A stretch of DNA of 64,000 bases from Candidatus Kaiserbacteria bacterium (GCA_026713605.1 JAPOOC010000010.1:10556-74555); one strand, 5' to 3'; counted from the first letter of the stretch, positions 46,132 to 56,438 are shown. Numbers and translations are program-made. The notes: generated by a model from the sequence alone, not told the origin.

Positions 46132-48807
46132 TTATTCTTCTGCTTGGTATACTCGCTGTCTTTCTGTTCTCGTGTGTGGTTGCGCTGTGTCTTGTGCGTT
46201 GTTGTGGCGTGGCAATGCTGTTTGCGGTCTCCGTCTTGGGTGGCGAGCTGGTGGTCGGGAAGGTGTTTCTTCGTCCCTACTGTTATCTGCTCGGCCTCTC
46301 CGATGGGGTTGCTGGAATGGTGGTGTGTCATCCTTGTCATCTGGCACATACCTTGGAACTCTTGGCGGGCGAGGTGGTGTGCTGTTTTGTGGTGATTCGG
46401 TCTTTCTTGGTGATGTCGGCATTTTAAAACTTTCTCTTTCTTTTGGTTTTTGTGCTTGCTTTGGTCTGGTGGCATGTTTGAGGGCGGAATACTGGATGAT
46501 TTTTTCCTTAATTTCTTTTGAGCCACGAGGTGCAAAGCGAATTTTCATTGTGAAAGGAGAGAGTGGCTTACTGTTTGAGAGCATGCCGATAACGCAGTTA
46601 AGGTTTTCTGTTTCGGTGAGCTCTATTGCTGAAAATTGTGGCGTGAATTTCTTTTCCAGTATTTCCGCATCTTCTACACCAACTCGGAATGAAATGGTGG
46701 TGCCGACATTACCGAGTACCGCACCACGAATAGAGTCGGTGAGTTGCGCCATATATTGATGGGCAATGTTCAGGCTGAGTTTGTACTTTCGCGCCTCTGA
46801 AAGAATTTGTTCAATACTGTCGCTGGTGAAGTTCTGAAACTCATCAATGTAGAAGTAGAACGGACGACGGTCATCTTCGGCGACATCATCTCGCGAGAAT
46901 GCTGCGAGTGCGAGTTTACCACTGATGATCATGCCGAGCAGTCGTGCGTTTATTTCACCAATTTTTCCTTTTGGGAGACGGACAAACAAGAGTTTACCGC
47001 TATCCATTACTTCTCGGAATGAGAATGAGGAACGAGGTTGGCTAATGATCGGGCGAACATAGTCGTTTGAGATGAAGTTACTGAATTTTGAGGTGATATA
47101 TGGTGCGATATTTTCCAGCGCAGCATCCCCACCTGCTTTTTGTGCCTCTTCCTCCCAGAATTTTTTCACTGGTTCGTTGTGGCAATTTTTTAACATCTCT
47201 GCCCTGAAATTTTCATCGGTTAGTACTGTTGGCACTTCCATGAGTGTTGCCGGCTCATCTGTTTTACCTTCCATAAGGAGGAGGAGTGCGTTGCGCATAT
47301 ACTGCTCAAACACCGGCCCCATGGTTTCCGCATCAAATAAACTGTAAAAAATAGACAGGATTTCGTTTACAATAAAGGTTTTTTCTTGTGGGCGGGATCG
47401 GTCATACTCCAACATGTTGAGGGCGAGCGGGTATTCGATATTGCTTGGATCAAATACGATCACATCGTCTATTCGTTTCTCTGGCACCGTCGCAAGCATA
47501 TCATCAACCAAATCACCATGCGGATCAATGATACATACCCCCCTTCCTTCTTGGATATCCTGATACGCCATTGATTTAATGATTGCTGTTTTACCGGTAC
47601 CTGTTTGCCCAACGATGTAGAGGTGTCGCATTCGGTCTTTTTCCGGCATATACACCGGTGTTTCTTGTCCGTGGAAAACATTGTCGCCCAGCAAGAGCCC
47701 TTCTGACGCAATCTCAGTCGGAGCTGCCACACGCTTGGTCTTCATCCACTGCAGGTTTGCAACTTCCATGGATTGGTTGAGGAGGTGAAATATGCTGCTG
47801 ATTTCTTGTGCGTTCATTGCCATTGCGCTTTTTTCGTCTGGTAGACGGAATGCGAGGTCAAGTGCTGCTTTTCTATCTTTCTTCTTGGTGAAAACGAAAC
47901 TGTTGTGTCCTGCGGAGCCGAATTGGTCAAATCTTCCTTTCAAGTTATCAAGTAGGAGGTCTGCTTTTTCTTGTGTTTGTGCTGAAACCCCCACTCTAAT
48001 ATTAACCTGATATAACTGCTCCTGTGTTTTCTCCTCAACCTTTTCTGCCTCTGATGATGGTTCAGTGTTTTCATCTGTTTTTTCTGCAATCATCTTTTCT
48101 ACAAATTGATCTACTTTTTCCGTTGTTTTTCTTGGCTTTAATTCTTTCAGTTTTTTTCCTTTTTTTAACCCTTTTAGTACACCCTTTATCTCATCGGTTT
48201 GTTTTTTTGTTGCTTTCTGTAGCACCAACTGCATTGCCATACCGGTTCGTTTTTCTTTTGCGTTCGCAAATGCGGTGAGGATTGGGGCGAATGAATCAGT
48301 TTCGGTTTTTCTGTACGACCGGATGGGGAGCGCGTGGAATTCCTTTAGTGTGAGTGTTGAAAGAATGCTCGGGTTTTGGGCATAGAAAATCGTGTAATCT
48401 GAAACTTCTTGCACTTGTGCACGCTCAAACACCCGTCGCACCTGTGTCTTGACAGTTTCCGCATACGCAGTAGGCGTGGCGATAAAAAACTGTATATCGG
48501 ACCCTTCGTTTGTTATGGCAACCTCAAAGATTATTGGCTTTTTTTCTGGGATGATGGAGTGTAGCAGGTCTTCAAAGAGGCGAATCTGCTCCATCTCTGA
48601 CATCTGTGTGTCTGTGTGTGGTGTTTGGGTGATTTGGAGTAAGATATATTCCGCCGACTCTTTCAAGGTTTTCTTTTTTTTCTTTTTGTTTATATAACGC
48701 GTAAAAAGCATTGTGATGACCCAAAGGGAGAGGATGACTGCGATCAGTATGATTACCTGTGCATTTCTGCCTGCAAGCATGCTCTGTATCTCTGGTGTTA
48801 GTATCAT
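46132..48807 (-). CDS. VirB4/TraG-family conjugation/T4SS-like P-loop ATPase with disordered Pro/Arg-rich C-terminal tail
   Basis: Single N-terminal TM; ~400-aa N-domain; HLYIVGQTGTGKTA Walker A; FYFYIDEFQNF Walker B; AHQYMAQL TraG-D_C-like motif; C-terminal 120 aa low complexity (PRPPRVPRYVPDDKDD...). Confidence 0.55.
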   Translation of the reverse strand: MILTPEIQSMLAGRNAQVIILIAVILSLWVITMLFTRYINKKKKKKTLKESAEYILLQITQTPHTDTQMSEMEQIRLFEDLLHSIIPEKKPIIFEVAITNEGSDIQFFIATPTAYAETVKTQVRRVFERAQVQEVSDYTIFYAQNPSILSTLTLKEFHALPIRSYRKTETDSFAPILTAFANAKEKRTGMAMQLVLQKATKKQTDEIKGVLKGLKKGKKLKELKPRKTTEKVDQFVEKMIAEKTDENTEPSSEAEKVEEKTQEQLYQVNIRVGVSAQTQEKADLLLDNLKGRFDQFGSAGHNSFVFTKKKDRKAALDLAFRLPDEKSAMAMNAQEISSIFHLLNQSMEVANLQWMKTKRVAAPTEIASEGLLLGDNVFHGQETPVYMPEKDRMRHLYIVGQTGTGKTAIIKSMAYQDIQEGRGVCIIDPHGDLVDDMLATVPEKRIDDVIVFDPSNIEYPLALNMLEYDRSRPQEKTFIVNEILSIFYSLFDAETMGPVFEQYMRNALLLLMEGKTDEPATLMEVPTVLTDENFRAEMLKNCHNEPVKKFWEEEAQKAGGDAALENIAPYITSKFSNFISNDYVRPIISQPRSSFSFREVMDSGKLLFVRLPKGKIGEINARLLGMIISGKLALAAFSRDDVAEDDRRPFYFYIDEFQNFTSDSIEQILSEARKYKLSLNIAHQYMAQLTDSIRGAVLGNVGTTISFRVGVEDAEILEKKFTPQFSAIELTETENLNCVIGMLSNSKPLSPFTMKIRFAPRGSKEIKEKIIQYSALKHATRPKQAQKPKERESFKMPTSPRKTESPQNSTPPRPPRVPRYVPDDKDDTPPFQQPHRRGRADNSRDEETPSRPPARHPRRRPQTALPRHNNAQDTAQPHTRTERQRVYQAEE

Positions 48808-49292
48808 AGTAGTCCTTGGTCATGCATTTTTTGATGCAGTAGTTGCGCCAATGAGTCGTGAAATATGTCTATGAGGTATGGATCATTTTTTTTCTGCGCT
48901 TTTTTTACCGCTCCGACTATGCCGTTGTGTACTGCCCCTTGTACCAATTCAGTTACTGGCTCTCTGTATTTTTCCGGCACCTTTTCAAGGTAATTTTCCA
49001 CTTTCGTGCCCTCAAGATTTGCCGGCTGTAGTGTTGCGGTGCTGTCAAACTCTTCCTCGTCTCCGTCATCATCGTCTCCGTCATCATCACTGCCACCTCC
49101 TCCACCGATGTCACCATATGATTCCTGTAATTCGGTGCGAATTTTTTCTAATTCTGCTTCCCGCTGTTGTTCAATGGCATTGCCTTCTTGCTGTTCTGCG
49201 GCATTTTCCCGCGCTTTCTCCCCCCGCACCTTTTCAGCGATAGTACTTACACTTTCTTCAAATGATTCTAATTTTGATTCTTCTGTTGGCAT
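48804..49292 (-). CDS. acidic coiled-coil hypothetical protein
   Basis: GGAG SD before MPTEESKLESF; GGGGSDDDGDDDDGDEEEFD poly-acidic tract. The start is moved from the track ORF (49397) to the SD-preceded Met. Confidence 0.35.
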   Translation of the reverse strand: MPTEESKLESFEESVSTIAEKVRGEKARENAAEQQEGNAIEQQREAELEKIRTELQESYGDIGGGGGSDDDGDDDDGDEEEFDSTATLQPANLEGTKVENYLEKVPEKYREPVTELVQGAVHNGIVGAVKKAQKKNDPYLIDIFHDSLAQLLHQKMHDQGLL

Positions 49293-49379
49293 GTGTACAG
49301 TATACTCCAGTGAAATGTGTACAACTTTCCTGTGTGATAAAAGGTGGTATTCTATAGGTATATGGTAAACCCAAAGGAG

Positions 49380-52300
49380 ATGTGGAGGCGCGTGCAAGAA
49401 GGCACGACGAAGCGAACAAAGAAGAATGAGGAGGTGCTGACCTCACAACCAGCGGATGCGGAAGTTCAAGAAGGCATCCCTCAAGAGACACAGGAGCAAG
49501 GTGGTCAAGAGGGTACGCGCGATACGACGCCCACTGAAACCGTACAGCCGGCAGTGGAATCTGACACACTATCGGATGAGCAGGAAGGGTCTGTTGCTGA
49601 ACAGTATGTCCGTCTTGCGTATGATCTTGATCAAGTTGTTTTTGATTGGAGTGACAAGGTGGCTCACCCCATAAAAACGGCAAAGCAGGGTTTGCGTAAG
49701 GCGATAGATGAGGCGTTTGAAGATCCGAAAGGGCAGGTTTCTACTGACGAGTTGTGGGTTAAGATGTTTTTGTTGGGATTTGGTGTATTATCTAGCAATG
49801 TACGCCAGAGAGACATTGAGACGATTCAGCGTTATGTGGCAGCAAAAGAGAAGGTTGATGAGGAGGTGGAATCTCGTTTAGTCGCTCTGCAGGAAAAGAT
49901 GGGTTCTGATACTGTTGACCCCGATGCTGTTGAGGGGGCGTTGGAGATGATTGCCCACTTTGAGCATCAACTGTTGCATGAAGAGGTTCGTTTGCGTGAG
50001 AGTATGAAAAATGACACTCGGTCGGTGGAGAAGGTGCTGGAGTGGTGGAAATGGTTGGGGGACAAAAATTTGGCATCGTGGTGGTTTTCAGAAGAGAAAG
50101 GGGGAAAGCCGAAAAATACTCTTGGTGGTAAGATTGGTTATGCCGCATTGCGCGCAGCGTCACTTCGAACACTACTACTGGGTTTTTTGGTGCCAGTTGC
50201 TGGGTTCGCCGCTGGCGGCACTGGTGTCGCCGCCGCGTTTACTTTGCGACGAGGGATATCAACGCTGACGGGTTCATCTGCCGGTGCACACGCAGGGCAT
50301 GCGTTCACAAAAGCTTTCTTGGAAAAGAGTTTGAAAGGAAGGATTGATGCTGTGGTTTCTCAGAAAACCTTTGAGCAGGAGGATTATGAGCAGATTATAA
50401 CACTGAAAAAAGAGTACGATGCATTTATTCAGCAATATCACCCCGATACCGCTGAGGAGATGCGAAGTGGAGCGGAATATGAGAACATACAGAATGCATA
50501 CCTTGAAGCGATTAAGTTTTTTTGTGCAGACGCTAAAGATGTGGAAAATCTTCGTATGAAGCAGAATCTTGGTGAAGCGCGCGCGCGGAACACTGTTAGG
50601 AAGAATAAAATTTTACTGTTTGGTGCTGGTGCTGGTGGCGCTCTTGTCGGTGGGGCATTTTCTGCTTTTGCTATGCCGAAGCTCTTTGATTGGGGGCGCG
50701 ATTTGGTTGGTAAGATATTCCCCGACTCACACCCGCTTGATTTAAAAAACATGTCGCAAAAACTGCGTAATCTATATGGAGGTGTGGCACCCTCATATGG
50801 CGCTGAATCTGTTCCACAGGATGCATTGGTAGATTCTCAGGACACTGTGAGTGGTGATGCGGAAGGCCCCACCTCAAAAGAAGATGTTGAGAAAAAACGC
50901 ACTGAACCTGCAGGTAAGGACACACAGACAGTTGATTTGTCGGATATTACTTCAGAAGATGGTGAAAAGGTGGTGCCATCAGAAGTGGTGTTAGATGCAG
51001 GTGCCAAGGAGCGCAGTTTCAGCTTGCAAGACACCCCTGATGCGGCATCACCGGAGCGTGTGCAGCAGGATTCTTCTGCAAATGATGGTCCGGAATCAGC
51101 GAATACCACTGCCGATGTCGACTCGTCGGGAGTGGAGCAATCACCAGTAGAAGATTCTGCGGATTTTGTGGTGGAAAATGGCTTTTACACCGTGCGAGAA
51201 GGAGATTCGTTGTCAAAGATATGGCTGGAAAAAGTGCAGCGTGATGGTGGATCCATGACATCGGGGGAGTTAGCCGCTATGATGGAAGAGTTGGGGAATC
51301 TGGATGATGCGACGCTGCGAGATTTCGGCATTCGCAGCGGTACCATAGATCTCATTTATCCTGATGACAAAATTAATATTGATGCAATACAGACACACTT
51401 GGATTCGAGTGAGGTGCCTGCTGCTACTGAAAAAAGTGCCGACACTTCTTCAGATTGGAGGGACAGGCAATCAGAGCTTGATGAGCGTTTTTCAAAAAGA
51501 TCTGTTCCAAGTCCGGATTCAGGTGTGCCTGACGCAGACACCGCTAATGCTTCTGCGGATGCCCTTGACAACGAGGTGGAAGCAGCGGAGGTACCGATCA
51601 CCTTGACACCGGAAGCGAGGCAAGCAGTTCTGGAGAATCTTTCTAAAAACATTCCATCAGAAATAAATTTGAATGAAATGACGGTTGACGAAATGCTTGG
51701 TGCACACGCAGTGCCTGAGCATCTTGTTACTATTGCTGTTGCAGGTTCCGACTCCGAACCTTTGCCATACACTGTTTTGCAGAAGTACAACCCTGCTGTA
51801 CTGGAAAAAACTTTTCCCCTTGGCTCTTCGGGCGATATTGAGGTTGCTATGGAAAAAGGTGTGGTGATGCATTTGGATGTGGGTGAGGTGAAAGACGGCT
51901 ATACCACCTCCATTCGCAAAGATGACCTTGACACTGGTGACCTTGAGCGCCACCTCCAGAAACCGAGAAAAAATAAGGAGTACTTATTGCAAGAATTGCA
52001 CACCCTTGTGCAGGCATGGTCAATAGACATGTTACCTGGCGACAATGCAGATGGTTTTCAGGCCGCAAAGGAGTTGCTGGTGAGTGATCTTGCAAAGAAA
52101 GATTTTGCAGGATTGAAACAACTGCTGTCAACATATGAAATGCTCTATGATGGGAATAGGGATTCCTTGCGGTTTGCGTATTCCCACGATGGTGATGTGA
52201 CCTCCTTGTCTGTCGACGGAGTGTTCAGGGGTGACACTATTGCAGTTGCAGATGTTTCGTTTCGTGAGGTGCCTGCTACTACTGAAAAAAGTGCCGACAC

Positions 52301-52415
52301 TTATTCAGATTGGAAGAACAGGCAGCCAGAACTTGATGAGCGTTTTTCAAAAAGATCTGTTCCAAGTCCGGATTCAGGCATGCGTGGCGATGATACGGTT
52401 GATGGTGAAAAATAA
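49380..52415 (+). CDS. large (~1010 aa) membrane protein with LysM-like motif and an internal 113-bp duplicated segment; possible T4SS/competence-associated surface or channel protein
   Basis: AAAGGAG SD before MWRRVQEG; two Gly/Ala-rich TM segments mid-protein; FYTVREGDSLSKIW LysM-like motif; two copies of a ~38-aa repeat (EVPA(A/T)TEKSADT(S/Y)SDW(R/K)(D/N)RQ(S/P)ELDERFSKRSVPSPDSG). Confidence 0.45.
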   Translation: MWRRVQEGTTKRTKKNEEVLTSQPADAEVQEGIPQETQEQGGQEGTRDTTPTETVQPAVESDTLSDEQEGSVAEQYVRLAYDLDQVVFDWSDKVAHPIKTAKQGLRKAIDEAFEDPKGQVSTDELWVKMFLLGFGVLSSNVRQRDIETIQRYVAAKEKVDEEVESRLVALQEKMGSDTVDPDAVEGALEMIAHFEHQLLHEEVRLRESMKNDTRSVEKVLEWWKWLGDKNLASWWFSEEKGGKPKNTLGGKIGYAALRAASLRTLLLGFLVPVAGFAAGGTGVAAAFTLRRGISTLTGSSAGAHAGHAFTKAFLEKSLKGRIDAVVSQKTFEQEDYEQIITLKKEYDAFIQQYHPDTAEEMRSGAEYENIQNAYLEAIKFFCADAKDVENLRMKQNLGEARARNTVRKNKILLFGAGAGGALVGGAFSAFAMPKLFDWGRDLVGKIFPDSHPLDLKNMSQKLRNLYGGVAPSYGAESVPQDALVDSQDTVSGDAEGPTSKEDVEKKRTEPAGKDTQTVDLSDITSEDGEKVVPSEVVLDAGAKERSFSLQDTPDAASPERVQQDSSANDGPESANTTADVDSSGVEQSPVEDSADFVVENGFYTVREGDSLSKIWLEKVQRDGGSMTSGELAAMMEELGNLDDATLRDFGIRSGTIDLIYPDDKINIDAIQTHLDSSEVPAATEKSADTSSDWRDRQSELDERFSKRSVPSPDSGVPDADTANASADALDNEVEAAEVPITLTPEARQAVLENLSKNIPSEINLNEMTVDEMLGAHAVPEHLVTIAVAGSDSEPLPYTVLQKYNPAVLEKTFPLGSSGDIEVAMEKGVVMHLDVGEVKDGYTTSIRKDDLDTGDLERHLQKPRKNKEYLLQELHTLVQAWSIDMLPGDNADGFQAAKELLVSDLAKKDFAGLKQLLSTYEMLYDGNRDSLRFAYSHDGDVTSLSVDGVFRGDTIAVADVSFREVPATTEKSADTYSDWKNRQPELDERFSKRSVPSPDSGMRGDDTVDGEK
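51411..51523 (+). repeat. intragenic direct repeat copy 1 (pairs with 52266..52378, ~93% identical)
   Basis: GAGGTGCCTGCTGCTACTGAAAAAAGTGCCGACACTTCTTCAGATTGG...GTCCGGATTCAGG repeated 855 bp downstream in the same frame. Confidence 0.85.
52266..52378 (+). repeat. intragenic direct repeat copy 2
   Basis: See copy 1. Confidence 0.85.
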
Positions 52416-52430
52416 TGGTATAGTAATAGT

Positions 52431-52733
52431 ATGTTGAAAAAAGAGATTAAGAAAAAAAATTTAATTGAAATTTTAGAACTGGAGTCGCTTCCACCTGAAG
52501 CGCAGGTTGAAGTTGTTGACTCTGCGGTGGATGTGATAGAGATGCGGTGTCTGAATGAGGTGCTTGAATCGCTTGATACCCGAGGAAAAAAGCGATTTGT
52601 GAAGCTTATGGATGCCGGTGATGCGGAGGAGGTTGGTATTTTTTTGAAAGACAAATCTATAGATTTGATGCAGATTCTTGATGAGGAGGTGTTGCGTTTC
52701 AAAACAGAGGCGGCAACTGCGTTTAGTAGGTAA
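52431..52733 (+). CDS. small acidic hypothetical protein
   Basis: 100-aa ORF starting 16 nt after the previous gene's stop. Confidence 0.3.
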   Translation: MLKKEIKKKNLIEILELESLPPEAQVEVVDSAVDVIEMRCLNEVLESLDTRGKKRFVKLMDAGDAEEVGIFLKDKSIDLMQILDEEVLRFKTEAATAFSR

Positions 52734-52738
52734 TTTTT

Positions 52739-53026
52739 ATGATGAATGAACGAGGACACAGACAAAACAGTCATTACAAACATGCAGAGCGGGCGTATAA
52801 AGATAAGGTGGCAAAGCGTGATGAAGTGTATGCTCAAGAGGTGGTGAGCAAGGTGCGAACACGGGAGGAGGGTGTTGTCGCCATACAGGAGGTTGAGCGA
52901 TATACCGAAGGAGCCGATGCCAAGCGATTCTTTCGGGAGGTGGCGTACGCTGCGCTTGATAAACGGTTTCCCCACATCACCCCACTGGATGATGTTGGTG
53001 ATGCCTCTCAGAAAAAAGCGGCGTAG
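52739..53026 (+). CDS. small basic hypothetical protein
   Basis: 95-aa ORF starting 6 nt after the previous gene's stop. Confidence 0.3.
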   Translation: MMNERGHRQNSHYKHAERAYKDKVAKRDEVYAQEVVSKVRTREEGVVAIQEVERYTEGADAKRFFREVAYAALDKRFPHITPLDDVGDASQKKAA

Positions 53027-53138
53027 GTTTTTTGTTGTTGTATACTATATAGTATATGTTTGAAGGGAAATCATGGTTACTTCCATTAGTGATTGTTCTT
53101 GTTCTTGTTGCGTTTTTAGGGAAACCGTCAGCACTTCT

Positions 53139-54617
53139 TTAATTTTCATTTTCTCTTTCTTCTTTTTTCCCTTGCGATTGTTGGTATCCGATGTATATGA
53201 GTGTTGCCGTTACTATGAGCGTTACAAACACCCCTATTTCTGGCAGTGGTAGCGTTGCGTGTGGCACCCTTGCCAATATTTCAGTTATGGCAGTTATTAA
53301 TTTCAACGGCAGGTAAGCGATTGGAGACACTATGGTTGCTACCGGTGGTGCTATGGTCGCGATGAGTGTAGTTGCCGCACCGAAGAGCATTGCAACCGGT
53401 ATGATCGGTAAAACGAGTATGTTCGCTGGTATTCCTACCACAGATATTTCTCCTATTGCGTATGCCAGGTAGGGGAATAGGAGTATGTGCGTTGCTAGTG
53501 TCGCTGCCACAATGCTACGCATTTCATATTTTTGAGGTATTTTTTTCATTTTTTTCTCGATACTTTCTGAAAAAAGCAAGAGTCCAAGTGTTGCGAGGAA
53601 CGACAGGTGGAATGCTGTGCTGAACAGTACTTGTGCTGGGTTGTATACCATCATGGCGAGTGCCACAAATGTCAACGCACGGATACCGTCGTATTCACGG
53701 TGTGTTGCTCGGGCGACAAGTGCTATTACTGCCATGCTTCCCGCTCGTATCGCTGCCATTTGTGCCCCCGCAAACAGAACGAATAGTACTATCACTGCTA
53801 AAGATACTGTGAAGCTGACTGTGGTAGGTGTTTTCCTGAGTATTTTTCGTACCCCTTCTGCAATCAAGGTTATATTGTGTCCTGATAACACAATGATATG
53901 TATCAATCCAGTTGCCCTAAATGCCTCCATAAGATCTGCCGGCAGTGTCCCGCGTAGTCCGAGCAATAATCCTCCCAGCAGTGTTGCTTCTTTTGTTGGT
54001 AAAAATGTATGCATTGCTTTTACAAAGTGTGTACGCATCCTCTCAAAAATTGCATACTGTTTTCTCTGACCGACACACCCACTTTCTTGTATGTACGATA
54101 TCGCAGATATGCCCATCTGTTGCAAGTACCGCTTGTATGCGAACACTCTCCCCGCATTAGTCATAAAATCTTCCGCTTCGCTTAATTTTGCCTCAAATGA
54201 TACCTCCTCGCCACTCACACACCGGGATGGGTATGGTTCGTAGACCAGTATCTTCTTTTCTTCTACCACCTCGTTGTTGATTTTGTGTATTACTACGGTA
54301 TACCTGCTCTTTGTGTTCTTATCCTCTATATCGCCCTTTATAACTCCCTCTATGTGTACCTGTTTTTTGTACTGCTCTGTTATAGATATGTCTTGGTTTT
54401 TCATTGGCAGTAGTACCCGCATTATCCCAAGTAGCACAATAATACCACACACGCAAACCAGCATTGCCTTTTCTCTCTTTTGTAATAGCAATACTGCCAC
54501 CGCTAGTCCAACAACACTATACGCGATGTATGGTGCCGCATTCCATGTGATGTGTTGCGCTATGGTGCAACCGAGCGCGAACGCTGCTGTGATTGCGATG
54601 ATAAAAAATCTTGGCAT
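53139..54617 (-). CDS. comEC: ComEC/Rec2 DNA-uptake channel, membrane portion only (no MBL domain)
   Basis: N-terminal DUF4131-like OB region then the competence domain ATLLGGLLLGLRGTLPADLMEAFRATGLIHIIVLSGHNITL; ends after the last TM without an MBL domain. Confidence 0.75.
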   Translation of the reverse strand: MPRFFIIAITAAFALGCTIAQHITWNAAPYIAYSVVGLAVAVLLLQKREKAMLVCVCGIIVLLGIMRVLLPMKNQDISITEQYKKQVHIEGVIKGDIEDKNTKSRYTVVIHKINNEVVEEKKILVYEPYPSRCVSGEEVSFEAKLSEAEDFMTNAGRVFAYKRYLQQMGISAISYIQESGCVGQRKQYAIFERMRTHFVKAMHTFLPTKEATLLGGLLLGLRGTLPADLMEAFRATGLIHIIVLSGHNITLIAEGVRKILRKTPTTVSFTVSLAVIVLFVLFAGAQMAAIRAGSMAVIALVARATHREYDGIRALTFVALAMMVYNPAQVLFSTAFHLSFLATLGLLLFSESIEKKMKKIPQKYEMRSIVAATLATHILLFPYLAYAIGEISVVGIPANILVLPIIPVAMLFGAATTLIATIAPPVATIVSPIAYLPLKLITAITEILARVPHATLPLPEIGVFVTLIVTATLIYIGYQQSQGKKEERENEN

Positions 54618-54624
54618 ACCCCTT

Positions 54625-56319
54625 TTATGGTATACACCGTATTACTCTGATTTGTATTTTTCTTCGGTAGGTGTCCATTTCAACACACCCCACGACTGCG
54701 CGTAGCGTTTGACCTGGCTCTGCGTGCACCTCTTTATTTTCCTTAGCGAAAAAAGCGATGCCATCTAGATATCCCGTCCCGTCAGTGAGTGTGTACCGCA
54801 CATGCTCTTTCTTTTTTCCAAACATTGATTTTTTGTGTATCGTGCATTGTGGTATGGCAATGCGAATCACCTCGTTTTGTACACCAAATGGCGCAAATTG
54901 CTCATAGAGTTTATAGACATCTGCCACCTCACTGATGGTGCATTCGTTATCTACCACCATCTCATGCGCCGACACCTCTTGCTCCTGCTTGCTTGCTGTT
55001 TGGTTGAGAGCATCTTCAAGAGACACCTCTGCTCCGTGTGCTAGTGTGAACCCTCCCGCCTGTTTGTGTCCCCCTGCCTCAGTGAACACCTCTGGTGTGT
55101 TTTTCATCAGTGAGAATACATTGTGTTCTTTTGACCTGCATGAACCCTTTATAACCGCTTTCTCTTCTGTCCCACCCTGTCCCCACACAAACACTGTTTT
55201 TCTATAGGTTTCTGCAATCTTCTGTGCCACCAACCCCACCAGTGATGGTTTCCACTCGCGATTTCCAAATACCCACACCGCTTTTTCTTTACCCTTGCTT
55301 TCTGCTTGTTTTTGTGCCGCTTTTGTCATTGTCGCGACCGCTGTTTTTCTTTTGTTGTTGAGTTCTGTCAAGGTTCTCGCAAGTTGTGCCGCTTCAGTGG
55401 TGCTACTAGTTGTCAGTAATTTGAACGCAGTTTCTGCTCCCCCCATCCTTGATGCCGCATTTATTCTTGGGATGATCAAAAATGAAAGGTCGTCTTGTGT
55501 GACTTTCTGTTGATCAAGGCGCAGTACATCGCAAAGTGCTTGTATACCAGGTCTCGGGCTTTTTCTCAACACCTGTAACCCGTAATGTGCCAACTGTCTG
55601 TTTATGCCGCGGAGTGGCACCATATCAGATAGTGTTGCCAACCCCACAATATCTAATTGCCATTTTTCCCACCCTATTGGCGGTTTTTGTATATTTTCCC
55701 TCCTTTGTGCTTCTCGTATTATCTCCTGTATGACTATGTAGGTTACTCCCGCGGCGCATGGGTGTGGCTGCTCAACCCCTTCTACTGTCGGATTTATCAT
55801 TGCAAATGCGTTTGGCTCTGTTTCGTCGGCAAGGTGGTGGTCTATGATGATGGTGTGCATCCCTTTCTGCTCCATGTCTGCCACCTCTTCTGGACTCGCT
55901 GTGCCGCAGTCAAGCACACACACCACCGATGCATTGTTGGCGGCCATTTTTTTGATTCCTTTTTTATTGAGACCAAACCCTTCACTGTTTCTGTCTGGCA
56001 CATAGTAGGTGATGCGACGGTGTCCGAGCGCATGTAGTGTCGTATACAGTGCTGCCGCTGCCGGTATGCCATCGCAGTCGTAGTCGCTGAATATACCAAT
56101 CATTTCTTCCTTTTCTACGGCATCAAGTATCCTCCCCACTGCCTTTTTTATATTTTTGTACTGCTGTGTCTCAATCGCAATCCATTCTTTTTTGAAAAAG
56201 GCTTCCGCTTCTTCCTGTGTAGTTATGTTTCGCGCATACAGTAATCGTTGTGTTCGGATATCATATTTTTGTAGTGCGTTCTGTACTTCTTTCGGTGGAT
56301 TTTTGCGAACTGTGTACAT
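54625..56319 (-). CDS. recJ: single-stranded-DNA-specific exonuclease RecJ
   Basis: IGIFSDYDCDGIPAAA (DHH motif I), IIIDHH (motif III), DHHA1 C-terminal region. Confidence 0.8.
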   Translation of the reverse strand: MYTVRKNPPKEVQNALQKYDIRTQRLLYARNITTQEEAEAFFKKEWIAIETQQYKNIKKAVGRILDAVEKEEMIGIFSDYDCDGIPAAAALYTTLHALGHRRITYYVPDRNSEGFGLNKKGIKKMAANNASVVCVLDCGTASPEEVADMEQKGMHTIIIDHHLADETEPNAFAMINPTVEGVEQPHPCAAGVTYIVIQEIIREAQRRENIQKPPIGWEKWQLDIVGLATLSDMVPLRGINRQLAHYGLQVLRKSPRPGIQALCDVLRLDQQKVTQDDLSFLIIPRINAASRMGGAETAFKLLTTSSTTEAAQLARTLTELNNKRKTAVATMTKAAQKQAESKGKEKAVWVFGNREWKPSLVGLVAQKIAETYRKTVFVWGQGGTEEKAVIKGSCRSKEHNVFSLMKNTPEVFTEAGGHKQAGGFTLAHGAEVSLEDALNQTASKQEQEVSAHEMVVDNECTISEVADVYKLYEQFAPFGVQNEVIRIAIPQCTIHKKSMFGKKKEHVRYTLTDGTGYLDGIAFFAKENKEVHAEPGQTLRAVVGCVEMDTYRRKIQIRVIRCIP

Positions 56320-56369
56320 GGCACCATGCTACCACCACTATTCCCGTGCCACTCTTTTGTTATTTTTCT

Positions 56370-56378
56370 TTATCCACA
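56370..56378 (+). promoter_or_regulatory. perfect DnaA box TTATCCACA upstream of dnaA
   Basis: Exact consensus 9-mer, 60 bp upstream of the dnaA start, in an AT-rich spacer. Confidence 0.6.
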
Positions 56379-56438
56379 AAAAACACACTCCTCACACCCT
56401 TGCTTTTTACTACTACAGTAGGGAATAATAAATGATAT

